Source: Candidatus Hadarchaeales archaeon
GTDB taxonomy: Archaea; Hadarchaeota; Hadarchaeia; Hadarchaeales; WYZ-LMO6
NCBI GenBank assembly: GCA_038851755.1
Contig: JAWCKR010000002.1
Coordinates: 55,557 to 119,556, forward strand
Direction of reading: 5' to 3'
DNA: 64,000 nt
Both the position numbers and the translations under genes were made by a program. Under the pieces are notes generated by a model that was given only the letters and a program-made list of their open reading frames with translations, was not told the origin of the DNA and made no database searches. Below, in pieces: positions 46,189 to 56,898 of the stretch (positions within the stretch are counted from its first letter, which is position 1; every line of letters starts with the position of its first letter).

Positions 46189-46982
46189 ACCATCCCCCCC
46201 GGAGGCTTCGGGGGCCCTATCCCCCTCCCCGCCAGGATGCCTCCGTCTATCACCAGGGTGATGCCGGTCACGTAGGAGGCTTCGTCCGAGGCCAGGTAGA
46301 GGGCCCCGTAGGCCGCGTCCCAGGCCGTGCCCAGGCGCCCGAGGGGGGTCATCCACTCCAGGATCTTCCTGCGCTCCTCCGTCATGATGGGTGCCACCAT
46401 CGGCGTGTCCAGGAAGCCCGGTGCTATGCAGTTCACCCTGATGTGGTGCTCCGCCAGGTCTATGGCCATGCTCCTGGTCATGTTGATGATGGCGGCCTTC
46501 GTGGTGGAGTAGGTGAGGCTGGGGTGCCCCGTAAGCCCCGCCGCCGAGGAGGTGTTGATGATCACCCCCCCTCCCCCCTTGATCATGTGGGGGACGGCGT
46601 ACTTCGACATCAGGAAGATGCTCTTCAGGTTGGTGGTCACCACCGCGTCCCAGTCCTCCTCGGTCGTGTCCAGGAGCCCGAAGGGCGTGGCTATCCCCAC
46701 CACGTTGTGCAGGATGTCGAGCTTCCCGTAGGTGGAGACCGCCGTTTCCACGATCCTCCTCGCGTCCTCGCTCCTGGTGAAGTCCCCCTGCACCACGATG
46801 CCCTCCCCGCCCTTCTCCCTGACCATCCTCAGGGTCTCCTCCGCCGCGCTCTCGCTTAGGTCGGCGCACACCACCCTGGCCCCCTCCTGGGCGAAGAGAA
46901 TGGAGGTGGCCCTTCCGATCCCGATCCCAGGTCCGCTGGAACCCGCTCCCGCGATCAGGGCTACCTTGCCCTTTAGTCTCAT
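46185..46982 (-). CDS. SDR family oxidoreductase
   Basis: GIG, NNVG-like HNVVG, YSTTK, RVNCIAPG and DGG. Confidence 0.92.
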   Translation of the reverse strand: MRLKGKVALIAGAGSSGPGIGIGRATSILFAQEGARVVCADLSESAAEETLRMVREKGGEGIVVQGDFTRSEDARRIVETAVSTYGKLDILHNVVGIATPFGLLDTTEEDWDAVVTTNLKSIFLMSKYAVPHMIKGGGGVIINTSSAAGLTGHPSLTYSTTKAAIINMTRSMAIDLAEHHIRVNCIAPGFLDTPMVAPIMTEERRKILEWMTPLGRLGTAWDAAYGALYLASDEASYVTGITLVIDGGILAGRGIGPPKPPGGMV

Positions 46983-47025
46983 CCTCCCGTGTAGAAGTGG
47001 CCTTTGCCCCTCTTACCGCTTTCGA

Positions 47026-48189
47026 CTAGAAGTCCACCCTCTTCCCCTCGTAGGCGTAGAGGAAGAGCCTGCGGCAGTCCGCGTCCTCGGGCACCCTGGG
47101 GCTGGTGAAGATCCCCGTGCTCTGCATGGCCTTCCTCACCAGCTCCTCCAGCCTCCCCTCGAACTCCTCCCTCTTTATCCCCAGCTCCTTCACGGAGAGG
47201 GGCTCCCCCAACCTCCTTATCAGCCCCCTCACCTCCTCCAGCAGCCTCCCGGCCGCCTCCTCCTCGGAGGCGCACCTGAGGCCCGCCGCCCAGGCCAGCT
47301 CCGCCAGCTTTCCCTTCACGGTGGGTGCCGCGTACTCCAGCCCGTAGGGGAGGAAGAGCCCCACCGTCCTCCCGTGGGGGATGTGGAAGACCGCCCCCAG
47401 GGAGTGCCCCATCGCGTGGATGAGCCCTATCTGGGAGTTGGAGAAGGCCATGCCCGCCATGGTGGCGGCCACGTGCATCCTGTCCCTGGCCTCCAGGTCG
47501 CTGCCGTTGGCGTGGGCCCTGGGCAGGTAGGTGAAGACCAGCTGGATGGCCTTGAAGGCCAGGGCGTCGGAGAAGGGATTGCTCCACTGCGAGAGGTAGG
47601 CCTCGAAGGCGTGGGCGAGCACGTCCATCCCCGTGCTGGAGGTCAGGGAGGGAGGCATCCTGGAGGCCAGCTTGGGGTCCACGATGGAGAGGTCAGGCAG
47701 GATCTCCCTGGAGGCCAGCTCGATCTTGAACTCCTCCTCTCTGCTGGTGATCACGGAGGCCCAGGTGGCGTCGGACCCCGTGCCGCTGGTGGTGGGGATG
47801 CAGGCGAGCCTGGCCTTCTTCCTGAGCCCCAGCTCCGTCATGGGGGTGATGTCCTCGATCCTCAGGTCCGGCCTCTCGTACATGACCCAGATGGCCTTGG
47901 CCGCGTCCATGCAGGATCCTCCGCCCAGCCCCACGAACCAGTCGGGGGAGAACTCCCTGGCCTTCTCCGCCCCCCTCATCACGGTTTCCTTGGAGGGCTC
48001 GGGCTCCACTTCGTCGAAGACCAGCACCTCCATCCCGTTCTTCCTCAGACGCTGGACGACCTCCTCCACGAAGCCGAGCTTCTGGATGGTCTGGTCCGTC
48101 ACCACCATGGCCCTGCTTCCCTTCACCGTTTCCAGGGCATCCAGCGCGTCCTCACCGAAGGCGACCCTGGGAGCCAGGAACCACCACAC
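47026..48189 (-). CDS. Iron-containing alcohol dehydrogenase
   Basis: GLGGGSCMDAAK, PTTSGTGS, DVLAHAFE, HAMGH and PHG. Confidence 0.93.
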   Translation of the reverse strand: MWWFLAPRVAFGEDALDALETVKGSRAMVVTDQTIQKLGFVEEVVQRLRKNGMEVLVFDEVEPEPSKETVMRGAEKAREFSPDWFVGLGGGSCMDAAKAIWVMYERPDLRIEDITPMTELGLRKKARLACIPTTSGTGSDATWASVITSREEEFKIELASREILPDLSIVDPKLASRMPPSLTSSTGMDVLAHAFEAYLSQWSNPFSDALAFKAIQLVFTYLPRAHANGSDLEARDRMHVAATMAGMAFSNSQIGLIHAMGHSLGAVFHIPHGRTVGLFLPYGLEYAAPTVKGKLAELAWAAGLRCASEEEAAGRLLEEVRGLIRRLGEPLSVKELGIKREEFEGRLEELVRKAMQSTGIFTSPRVPEDADCRRLFLYAYEGKRVDF

Positions 48190-48343
48190 CGGTATCTTGG
48201 GTTCTCAGCGCGCGTTCATAAAAAGTTTTGTCACAGAGCCCACCGGCGGGAGCCGCAGAATCCCTTTCGGGTCGCCCGGAGCCCCCGAAAGGTCCCGTGT
48301 TTTTGACAATCAATATAAGGAAAGAGGCCCCTATTTTATAAAG

Positions 48344-48895
48344 ATGGTCGTGAAAAAGGGGGGCAAGAAGCCGGATCCCTTCGGTAAGAATCCGGCTCTG
48401 AAGGAGTTCGTCAAAAGGGTGGCGGGGAACCACGGGCTCCTCATCCTCTCCAAGCTTTGGGGGAAGCAGCTGACGGACGAGGAGCTGGCGAAGCTGACCC
48501 GCCTCAGGGTCAACCTAGTCAGGAAAATCCTCTACGACCTTTACGAGAACAGGGTGGTCAACTACCACCGCTTCAGGAACGAGGACAACGGCTGGTACAT
48601 CTACCGGTGGTACGTGGAAACCGAAGGGGCGCTGGAGAACCTACAGTCCATCCGGCAGGAGCTCCTCAGGAAGCTGGAGGAGAGACTGGAGTACGAGCGC
48701 AGCCACATGTTCTTCGCCTGCAAGAATGAGTGCCCGAGGATGACCTTCGAGGAGGCCTCGGAGCGGGAGTTCAAGTGCCCCCACTGCGGCGAGCAGGTGG
48801 ACTTCGTGGACAACAAAGAGGTGATAGCGAGCCTGGAGGCCCAGATAGCGGAGCTCAGGCGTCAGTGGGGTGAAGGACTTCAGGCCAACTCGTGA
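48344..48895 (+). CDS. tfe: Transcription factor E (TFIIE-alpha)
   Basis: TDEELA...VRKILYDLYE...GWYIYRW and Zn ribbon C...FKCPHCG. Confidence 0.93.
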   Translation: MVVKKGGKKPDPFGKNPALKEFVKRVAGNHGLLILSKLWGKQLTDEELAKLTRLRVNLVRKILYDLYENRVVNYHRFRNEDNGWYIYRWYVETEGALENLQSIRQELLRKLEERLEYERSHMFFACKNECPRMTFEEASEREFKCPHCGEQVDFVDNKEVIASLEAQIAELRRQWGEGLQANS

Positions 48896-49403
48896 GGAAG
48901 CCCTCTCCCTCCTGAGGGCCGCTGGATGCGGGGAGAGGGTGGTGAGGCACTGTTTGGCGGTGGAGAGGAAGGCCGTGAAGCTGGCCGATTTGGTGGGGGA
49001 GAACGGGGTGAGGGTGGACAGGGAGCTGGTGTCGCTGGGGGCCCTGCTGCACGACGTGGGCAGGGCGGTCACCCACGGGATAAGGCACGGGGTGGAGGGC
49101 GGCAGGATCCTCAGGGAGAGGGGCCTCCCGGAACTGGCCCGCTTCGCCGAGAACCACCTGGGCGCGGGGATACCGAGGGAGGAGGCGAGGGAGCTGGGCC
49201 TCCCCGACAGGGACTTCCTCCCCCTCACGGTGGAGGAGAAGCTGGTCGCGTACGCGGACAAGGTGATGGAGGGGGAGGAGGAGGTGGAGTTCGAGCGAAT
49301 CCTGAGGAGGTTCGAGGGGGAGCTGGGCCCTCACCATCCCGCCCTGGATCGCCTCAGAAAGCTTCAAGAAGAGATCCTGAGAATGACGGGGGGGAGAGGT
49401 TGA
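48870..49403 (+). CDS. HDIG-domain protein (TIGR00295-like)
   Basis: HC, LLHDVGR, HGVEG, HLGAGI and EEKLVAYADK; usual neighbour of tfe. Confidence 0.88.
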   Translation: MKDFRPTREEALSLLRAAGCGERVVRHCLAVERKAVKLADLVGENGVRVDRELVSLGALLHDVGRAVTHGIRHGVEGGRILRERGLPELARFAENHLGAGIPREEARELGLPDRDFLPLTVEEKLVAYADKVMEGEEEVEFERILRRFEGELGPHHPALDRLRKLQEEILRMTGGRG

Positions 49404-50650
49404 AGTACAGGGTGAAGAACCTCCGCCTGGCCCCCAGGGGAGCGGCGGCGGTGGAGTGGGTCAGGGAGCACATGCCGGTGCTGGGGGAGATCAGGAGGGA
49501 GTTCTCCCGCACCAGGCCCCTGAGGGGTCTGAGGGTGGGGGCCGCCCTGCACGTGGAGGCGAAGACCGCCGTGCTGGCCCTCACCCTGAAGGAGGGCGGG
49601 GCGGAGGTCTCCCTGGCCGGGTGCAATCCCCTCTCCACCAAGGACGAGGTGGCGGCGGCCCTGGTGAAGGAGGGGGTGAGCGTGTACGCCTGGAGGGGGG
49701 AGGGGCAGAGGGACTACTACCAGAACCTGAGGAGGGTAATCGCCGACCGCCCGCAGCTCGTGATAGACGACGGGGGGGACCTCATCTCCGAGCTGCACTC
49801 GGGGGAGCCGGGGGGTGTGAGGGGGGGGTGCGAGGAGACCACCACGGGCGTCCACAGGCTCAGGGCCATGGAGGCGGGCGGGAAGCTCAGGTTCCCCGTG
49901 ATCGCCGTGAACGACTCGCCCACCAAGAGGCTCTTCGACAACCGCTTCGGGACCGCGGAGTCCACCCTGCAGGCCCTCATGTCCCTGACCAACACCCAGA
50001 TAGGTGGCAAGAGGGTGGTGGTGGTGGGCTACGGCCACGTGGGGAGGGGGATAGCTTCACGCGCGAAGGGGCTGGGGGCGGTGGTCACGGTGGTCGAAAC
50101 CGACCCCGTGAGGGCCCTGGAGGCCGCCATGGACGGCTTCCTGGTGAAGACCCTGGAGGAGGCCTGCGAGTACGGTGAGATCTTCATCACCGCCACGGGC
50201 AGCTTCCACGTGATCAGGGGGGAGCACCTGAGGGAGATGAGGGACGGGGCCCTCCTGTGCAACGCGGGTCACTTCAACGTGGAGATAGACCTGGAGGCCC
50301 TGCAGAGACTGGCGGTGCGCAGGAAGGAAATAATGGAGGACGTGGAGGAGTTCAGGCTGAGGGACGGCAGGCGCCTGTACCTGCTGGCGGGGGGAAGGCT
50401 GGTCAACCTGGCGGGCAGGCGCTCCCTGGGGCACCCGATGGAGATCATGGACCTGAGCTTCTCCCTGCAGGCCCTCAGCCTGGCCTACCTGGCCGCCCAT
50501 GCCGGGGAGCTGAAGCCCGGCGTGCACGAGGTGCCGGAGGAGATAGACAGGAGGGTGGCGGAGCTCAAGCTGAAGAAGATGGGGATAAGGCTGGAGAAGC
50601 AGACGGAGGAGCAGCGCAGGTACCTGCGGTCCTGGGAGGTGGGCACCTAG
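49400..50650 (+). CDS. ahcY: Adenosylhomocysteinase
   Basis: HMPVL, CNPLST, IDDGGD, EETTTG, FDNRFGT, NAGHF and GHPMEIMDLSF. Confidence 0.96.
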   Translation: MKYRVKNLRLAPRGAAAVEWVREHMPVLGEIRREFSRTRPLRGLRVGAALHVEAKTAVLALTLKEGGAEVSLAGCNPLSTKDEVAAALVKEGVSVYAWRGEGQRDYYQNLRRVIADRPQLVIDDGGDLISELHSGEPGGVRGGCEETTTGVHRLRAMEAGGKLRFPVIAVNDSPTKRLFDNRFGTAESTLQALMSLTNTQIGGKRVVVVGYGHVGRGIASRAKGLGAVVTVVETDPVRALEAAMDGFLVKTLEEACEYGEIFITATGSFHVIRGEHLREMRDGALLCNAGHFNVEIDLEALQRLAVRRKEIMEDVEEFRLRDGRRLYLLAGGRLVNLAGRRSLGHPMEIMDLSFSLQALSLAYLAAHAGELKPGVHEVPEEIDRRVAELKLKKMGIRLEKQTEEQRRYLRSWEVGT

Positions 50651-50898
50651 GGGAGCTTGTAGACCAGGTCCTTCTCCCTGACCCTCTGTGCCACCTTCAA
50701 TCCAACCGACTGTCCTGCCCCAGCCGACTGGACGTTCTGGTGTTCGATCTGCATGGACTCCACCACCTGCTGGAGGTTGGTGGTGGGTCCTTCGATCGAG
50801 ATCCTGTCACCCACCTTCAGCTCTCCCGAGAGGTCCACCACGGCCACCCCTATCTTGGTGAAGTAATGGCTCACCTTCCCCACGAGTTTCTTCTCCAT
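50647..50898 (-). CDS. Translation-factor-like beta-barrel protein
   Basis: VGKVSHYFTKIGVA...LKVGD...SMQIEH...VG. Confidence 0.8.
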   Translation of the reverse strand: MEKKLVGKVSHYFTKIGVAVVDLSGELKVGDRISIEGPTTNLQQVVESMQIEHQNVQSAGAGQSVGLKVAQRVREKDLVYKLP

Positions 50899-50987
50899 TC
50901 CCCTCACCCTTCCTCGGGCGGGGAGCTTTTAACCCTACCGCCGGGCCCTGATATTTACTCCCGGCGGGAAGTGGAGGGAGGAGGGAC

Positions 50988-51761
50988 TTGGAGCTGCTGG
51001 AGCTGATGAGGAGGCTGGGGGAGCTGAAGGATACGGCCAGGAGGGGGTGGGTGGTGAGAGGAGTCCCTCCGGAGAGGGCGGAGGACGTGGCCCAGCACTC
51101 CTTCGAGGTTTGCTCCCTCTCCCTCCTCCTCTCCCTCGAGCTGGAGGAGGGGGGGAGGAGGTTGGACGTGGGGAAGGTCCTGGCCATGGCCGTGGTGCAC
51201 GACTGGCCCGAGGCCATAACGGGGGACAGGCTGCCCTCCTCCCCGGGGAAGAGGGAGGCCGAGGAGAGGGCGCTGGTGAAGATGGTGGGTGACCGGGCCT
51301 GGGGAAGGAGGGTCGTGAGCCTGTGGAGGGAGTATGCGGAGGGGAGGACGCTTGAGGCCAGGGTGGTGCACTTCGCCGACGGGCTCTCCGTCCTCCTGCA
51401 GTGCCTGAGGTGCGGAGGGGGGAGGGTCCCGTCCCGCCTGGAGGACCTGTGGGGTGGTGTGGAGGAGAGGCTCAGGGGCCTCCTCCGCGGTCTCCCCGAG
51501 CTCTCCGGCCTTTTTTCCCAGCTGAGGGAGCTCGGTCCTCCAGCAACCTCCCGTACCTCCTCCTCACCCACTCCTCCACCTCCCTCCCCGGGAGGTCGGT
51601 CGGGAGGGGGGGCGAGGGGGGAAAGGGGCGCAGGAGGGAGAGGAGCTTCGCCACGAGGGGAAGGTAGAGGAGGAGCAGGCAGACCGTCCCGAGTCCAGGG
51701 AGCCCGGCCATCTCCCCCGTCGCCAGGGAGGCGCAGGAGACGGCCAGGCCGGACCCGGTGA
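50988..51761 (+). CDS. HD-domain hydrolase (YfbR/YGK1-like); 3' end uncertain
   Basis: LKDTARRGW, EDVAQHSF, HDWPEAITGD and ADG; low-complexity tail overlaps the opposite ORF. Confidence 0.8.
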   Translation: MELLELMRRLGELKDTARRGWVVRGVPPERAEDVAQHSFEVCSLSLLLSLELEEGGRRLDVGKVLAMAVVHDWPEAITGDRLPSSPGKREAEERALVKMVGDRAWGRRVVSLWREYAEGRTLEARVVHFADGLSVLLQCLRCGGGRVPSRLEDLWGGVEERLRGLLRGLPELSGLFSQLRELGPPATSRTSSSPTPPPPSPGGRSGGGARGERGAGGRGASPRGEGRGGAGRPSRVQGARPSPPSPGRRRRRPGRTR

Positions 51762-51888
51762 TCACCAGGAGGGTCCTGTTCCTGTGCCGCCGGTAGGAGG
51801 TGAGGGCGCGTCCCCCCAGGCCCATCACCACCGCTTCGAGCCCCAGGAAGGGAGAGCCCAGGAGCAGCAGGAGGTGGAGGGTGCTCAC
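51472..51888 (-). CDS. Small membrane protein
   Basis: GTG start overlaps the nth stop; three hydrophobic segments. Confidence 0.55.
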   Translation of the reverse strand: MSTLHLLLLLGSPFLGLEAVVMGLGGRALTSYRRHRNRTLLVITGSGLAVSCASLATGEMAGLPGLGTVCLLLLYLPLVAKLLSLLRPFPPSPPLPTDLPGREVEEWVRRRYGRLLEDRAPSAGKKGRRARGDRGGGP

Positions 51889-52501
51889 CCCTTTCCCTCC
51901 GAGGGACAGACGCCTGCCAGGGGGCATTCCCTGCACCTGGGGTAGCGGGGGAGGCACACCTCCCTCCCGAAGAGCACCAGCCCCCTGTTGATCAGGTGCC
52001 ACTTCTCCACGGGGAAGAGCCGCTGGAGGGTTTCCCTCACCTCCTCCAGCCCGGCCTCCTTCCTCACCAGTCCCAGCCTCTTGCTTATCCGGTTCACGTG
52101 CGTGTCCACCGGTATGGCGGGCTTGCCCAGGCCGTAGCACAGGACCACGTCGGCGGTCTTGGGCCCCACCCCCGGGAGCTCCATCAGGGCCTCCCTCGTC
52201 CCTGGGACCTTTCCCCCGTGTCTCTCCAGGAGGAGCCTCGCCGTCTCCCTCAGGCGTCTGGCCTTCTGGTCCGCCAGCCCCACCCCCCTGATCAGCTTCT
52301 TCAGCCTGGGGAGGGGGAGGGAGGAGAGCTCCTCCGGGGTGGAGGCCACGGAGAGGAGGGAGCGGGAGGCCCTCTCGGTGTTCTCCTCCCTCGTGCGCTG
52401 GGAGAGGATGCAGGAGACCAGCACGTGGAAGGGGTCGGAGTACCACCTTTCCCTGATCCTCTCGCCGTACCTCTCCTCCAGCATCCCGAGGAGCCTCTCC
52501 C

Positions 52502-52505
<4 letters not shown>
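51885..52505 (-). CDS. nth: Endonuclease III
   Basis: ILSQRT, LPGVGPKTA HhH, VDTHV and C-x6-C-x2-C-x5-C Fe-S motif. Confidence 0.93.
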
Positions 52506-53276
<771 letters not shown>

Positions 53277-53361
53277 CCCCTCTCTAGGGAGGGAGGGACT
53301 TTCCCCCTTGCGGTCCCGGAAAAAGGCTTATTATAGCGCGTGTAGACGGGGTTAGGTCGAA

Positions 53362-55398
53362 ATGGAGCCCGTGCTCTCCCTGGTGCTCGCGTCCGTGCTG
53401 CTGGCCTTCCTCTACGTCGTGTACGCGGTTTGGAGGGTCCTGCGGGAGGACGAGGGGACGGAGAGGATGGCGGAGATCGCCGGGTACATCAGGGAGGGTG
53501 CCGGGGCCTACATGAGGAAGCAGTACACGATCATCGCGGTCGTGGTCGCGGTCCTGACCGCGGTCCTCTTCCTCCTCCTCAACTGGAGGATGGCCCTCTC
53601 CTACCTGGTGGGGGCGGGCTGCTCCTCGCTCACGGGCTTCGTGGGCCTCCACACCGCCATCAGGAGCAACGCCAGGACCGCCAACGCCGCCAGGGGGGAG
53701 GGAATAGGGAAGGCCCTCTCCCTGGCCTTCAGGGGGGGAAGCGTCCTGGGGATGGGCGTGGTGGGGGTGGGCCTGCTGGGGGTCACCCTCCTGGCCCTCG
53801 CTTACGGGGGGACGGACCCTGGCAGGATGGTGGAGGCCCTGAAGGACGTGATCGGGTTCAGCTTCGGGGCCAGCACCGTGGCCCTCTTCGCCAGGGTGGG
53901 GGGAGGGATCTACACGAAGTCCGCCGACATAGGGGCGGACCTGGTGGGGAAGGTCGAGGAGAAGATCCCCGAGGACGACCCCAGGAACCCTGGCGTGATC
54001 GCCGACAACGTGGGGGACAACGTGGGTGACGTGGCCGGGATGGGGGCGGACCTCTTCGAGTCCTACGTCGGTTCCATCGTTTCCGCCATGGCCCTGGGAG
54101 CCATCCTCTACACCACCGAGGAAAGGGTGCTCCTTCCCCTCCTCATCTCCTCCCTCGGCATCCTCTCCTCCCTGCTGGCCTGCTTCTCCGTGAGGGGGGA
54201 TCCCGGCAGGGCCCTCACGCGTTCCTCCCTCCTCGCCACCCTCCTCACCCTACTCCTTTCCCTCTTCGCCACCCGCTGGCTGCTCGGGGAGGGATGGGAG
54301 GGGCCCTTCCTGGCCGTGGTGAGCGGTCTGCTGGTGGGGGTGGTGGTGGGTGAGACCTCGGACTACTTCACCTCCAAGGACAGGCGCCCGGCCCGCAGGG
54401 TGGCGGAGGCGGCCAGGGCGGGGGCGGCGCTGGACATCCTGGAGGGCTTCTCCATGGGGTGGTTCAGCACCTTCGTCCCCGTGATCTCGATAGCCGTGGC
54501 AGGTCTGGCAGCCTACCTGGCCGCCGGCTTCTACGGCGTGGCCCTCTCCGCCGTGGGCATGCTCTCCGTGGCGGGGGTGATCGTGGCAGCCGATGCCTAC
54601 GGCCCCATCACCGACAACGCGGCGGGGATAGCGGAGCAGGCGGGCCTTCCCGGGAAGGTGAGGAAGGTCACGGACAGGCTGGACTCCGTCGGGAACACCA
54701 TGAAGTCCATCTGCAAGGGCTTCGCCATAGGCTCCGCCGCCCTGACCGCCATCGCCTTCTTCTTCACCCTCACCCAGCTCGGGGAGTTCCAGGACTACGC
54801 CGCGGGGGCGGGTGGTCTGGACAGGGTCCTGAGCCTGGTGAACGCCCACACCTTCGCGGGCCTGCTGATAGGGATCGCCGTCCCCGCCTTCTTCACCGCC
54901 CTGGTGGTGCTGGCCGTGAGCGGTGGGGCCTTCAAGCTGGTGGACGAGATCAGGAGGCAGTTCAGGGAGATCCCCGGGCTCATGAAGGGGAAGGCCAAGC
55001 CCGACTACGCCCGCTGCGTCTCCATGGCCACCGGCAACGCCCTCAGGAACCTCCTCCTGCCCGGGATCCTGGCCATCCTCTTCCCGCCCGTGATCCTGCT
55101 GCTGATGGGGCCCGAGGCCCTGGTGGGCTTCCTGGCGGGGGCCATAGGCTCCGGCCTGCTCCTCGGCATGTTCCAGGGGAACGTGGGGAACACCTGGGAC
55201 AACGCCAAGAAGTACGTGGAGGAGGGCCACCTGGGAGGGAAGGGTAGCCCGACCCACGCGGCGGCCGTCACCGGGGACACCGTCGGGGACCCCATGAAGG
55301 ACGCCTCTGGTCCCTCCATCAACATCTTCCTGAAGCTCATGACGGTGAGCGCGCTGGTCTTCTCCCCCGCCATCCTCCCCCACCTGCCCCTCCTCTGA
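53362..55398 (+). CDS. hppA: Membrane-bound ion-pumping pyrophosphatase
   Basis: GGGIYTKSADIGADLVGKVE, EDDPRNP, DNVGDNVGD, WDNAKK and GDTVGDP. Confidence 0.96.
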   Translation: MEPVLSLVLASVLLAFLYVVYAVWRVLREDEGTERMAEIAGYIREGAGAYMRKQYTIIAVVVAVLTAVLFLLLNWRMALSYLVGAGCSSLTGFVGLHTAIRSNARTANAARGEGIGKALSLAFRGGSVLGMGVVGVGLLGVTLLALAYGGTDPGRMVEALKDVIGFSFGASTVALFARVGGGIYTKSADIGADLVGKVEEKIPEDDPRNPGVIADNVGDNVGDVAGMGADLFESYVGSIVSAMALGAILYTTEERVLLPLLISSLGILSSLLACFSVRGDPGRALTRSSLLATLLTLLLSLFATRWLLGEGWEGPFLAVVSGLLVGVVVGETSDYFTSKDRRPARRVAEAARAGAALDILEGFSMGWFSTFVPVISIAVAGLAAYLAAGFYGVALSAVGMLSVAGVIVAADAYGPITDNAAGIAEQAGLPGKVRKVTDRLDSVGNTMKSICKGFAIGSAALTAIAFFFTLTQLGEFQDYAAGAGGLDRVLSLVNAHTFAGLLIGIAVPAFFTALVVLAVSGGAFKLVDEIRRQFREIPGLMKGKAKPDYARCVSMATGNALRNLLLPGILAILFPPVILLLMGPEALVGFLAGAIGSGLLLGMFQGNVGNTWDNAKKYVEEGHLGGKGSPTHAAAVTGDTVGDPMKDASGPSINIFLKLMTVSALVFSPAILPHLPLL

Positions 55399-55420
55399 GG
55401 CACCTCTGGGTTTTTGAGGG

Positions 55421-55999
55421 GTGCGGAGAAAGGAAGAGGGGAGCTTGGAGCTCAGGGTAGGGAAGGCCGTCCTCAGGCTGGTGCAGGGCGACATCACGGA
55501 GCAGGAGACGGAGGCCATCGTGAACGCGGCCAATCCCAGCCTGATGGGAGGCGGGGGGGTGGACGGGGCCATCCACCGCAAGGGCGGGCCCACCATCAGG
55601 GAGGAGTGCGCCAGGATAAGGGAGAGGGAGTGGCCCGACGGCCTGCCGGTGGGGGAGGCCGTGATCACCTCGGGGGGGCGCCTGAAGGCCAGGTACGTGA
55701 TCCACACGGTGGGCCCCATCTGGAGGGGGGGTAACAAGAGGGAGCCCCAGATGCTGGCGAGGGCCTACAGGAGCTGCCTGCAGCTGGCGGTCTCCAGGGG
55801 CATAAGGAGGCTCTCCTTCCCCTCCATAAGCACGGGGGCCTACGGGTATCCGGTGGAGAAGGCCAGCAGGGTGGCCCTCCGGACCGTGAAGGAGTTCCTG
55901 GAGAAGGAGGACAGGCTGGAGGAGGTGAGGTTCGTGCTCTTCACGGAGGGCGATCTGAAGGTTTACGAGGAGGCCGCCAGGGAGCTCTTTCCGGGCTGA
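55421..55999 (+). CDS. Macrodomain O-acetyl-ADP-ribose deacetylase (YmdB-like)
   Basis: GDIT, VNAAN, GGGGVDGAIH, HTVGP and SISTGAYGYP. Confidence 0.93.
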   Translation: MRRKEEGSLELRVGKAVLRLVQGDITEQETEAIVNAANPSLMGGGGVDGAIHRKGGPTIREECARIREREWPDGLPVGEAVITSGGRLKARYVIHTVGPIWRGGNKREPQMLARAYRSCLQLAVSRGIRRLSFPSISTGAYGYPVEKASRVALRTVKEFLEKEDRLEEVRFVLFTEGDLKVYEEAARELFPG

Positions 56000-56019
56000 G
56001 CCTCCGGACGGCCGGATGC

Positions 56020-56898
56020 ATGGAGCTCAGGGAGAGGCTGGCGAGGGAGGGAATAAGGCTGAGCAGGAGGTACGGCCAGCACCTGGTCGTGGACCGGGGG
56101 CTGCTCCAGCGGATGGTGGACTACGCGGAGGTCTCCGGGAGGGACACGGTGCTGGAGGTGGGGGCGGGAACGGGGGGCCTCACCCTCCTGCTGGCGAGGA
56201 GGGCCGGGGAGGTGATCGCCGTGGAGAGGGACCCCAGGCTGGTCTCCCTCCTCCGGAGGGCGCTGGAGGAGGAGGGTTGCGGTAACGTGAGGATCCTGAG
56301 GGGTGACGTGCTGAGGCTCCCCCTCCCCCCCTTCAACAAGGTGGTCTCCAACCTCCCCTACTCCATCTCCTCCGACCTCACCTTCAGGCTGCTGGAGGAA
56401 GACTTCGAGGTGGCCGTGCTCATGTACCAGCTCGAGTTCGCCCGCAGGCTGGTGGCGAGGCCTGGGTCGGAGGAGTACGGCCGCCTCACCGTGAGCACCT
56501 TCCGCCGGGCGGAGGTGGAGATCCTGGAGGAGGTGCCGCCCTCGTCCTTCTTTCCCCGCCCGAAGGTGAGGTCGGCCGTGGTCAGGCTGAGGCCCAGGAA
56601 GACCCCGCCCTTCAGGGTGGAGGACGAGGAGAGGTTCCAGAGGGTGCTGAGGGTGCTCTTCCACCACCCCAGGCAGAAGGTGAGGAACGCCCTCTACCAC
56701 TCCTTCACGGAGCTCTTCCCCAGGGCGAACCTGGACAAGCGCGGCAGGAGGGAGGTGCTGGAGGCGCACGTGCCCGGGGAGCTGGCGGAGGCCAGGGCGA
56801 AGGAGCTTCCTCCGGAGGAGCTCGCCCGCCTCTCCGACCTGCTGGGTGGGCTGGAGAGGGAGCTACACCGTCCTCCCCAGAAAGTCCAGCAGGGCTGA
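56020..56898 (+). CDS. rsmA: 16S rRNA adenine dimethyltransferase
   Basis: GQH, EVGAGTG, SNLPYSIS, QLEFARRL and FFPRPKVRS. Confidence 0.95.
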   Translation: MELRERLAREGIRLSRRYGQHLVVDRGLLQRMVDYAEVSGRDTVLEVGAGTGGLTLLLARRAGEVIAVERDPRLVSLLRRALEEEGCGNVRILRGDVLRLPLPPFNKVVSNLPYSISSDLTFRLLEEDFEVAVLMYQLEFARRLVARPGSEEYGRLTVSTFRRAEVEILEEVPPSSFFPRPKVRSAVVRLRPRKTPPFRVEDEERFQRVLRVLFHHPRQKVRNALYHSFTELFPRANLDKRGRREVLEAHVPGELAEARAKELPPEELARLSDLLGGLERELHRPPQKVQQG

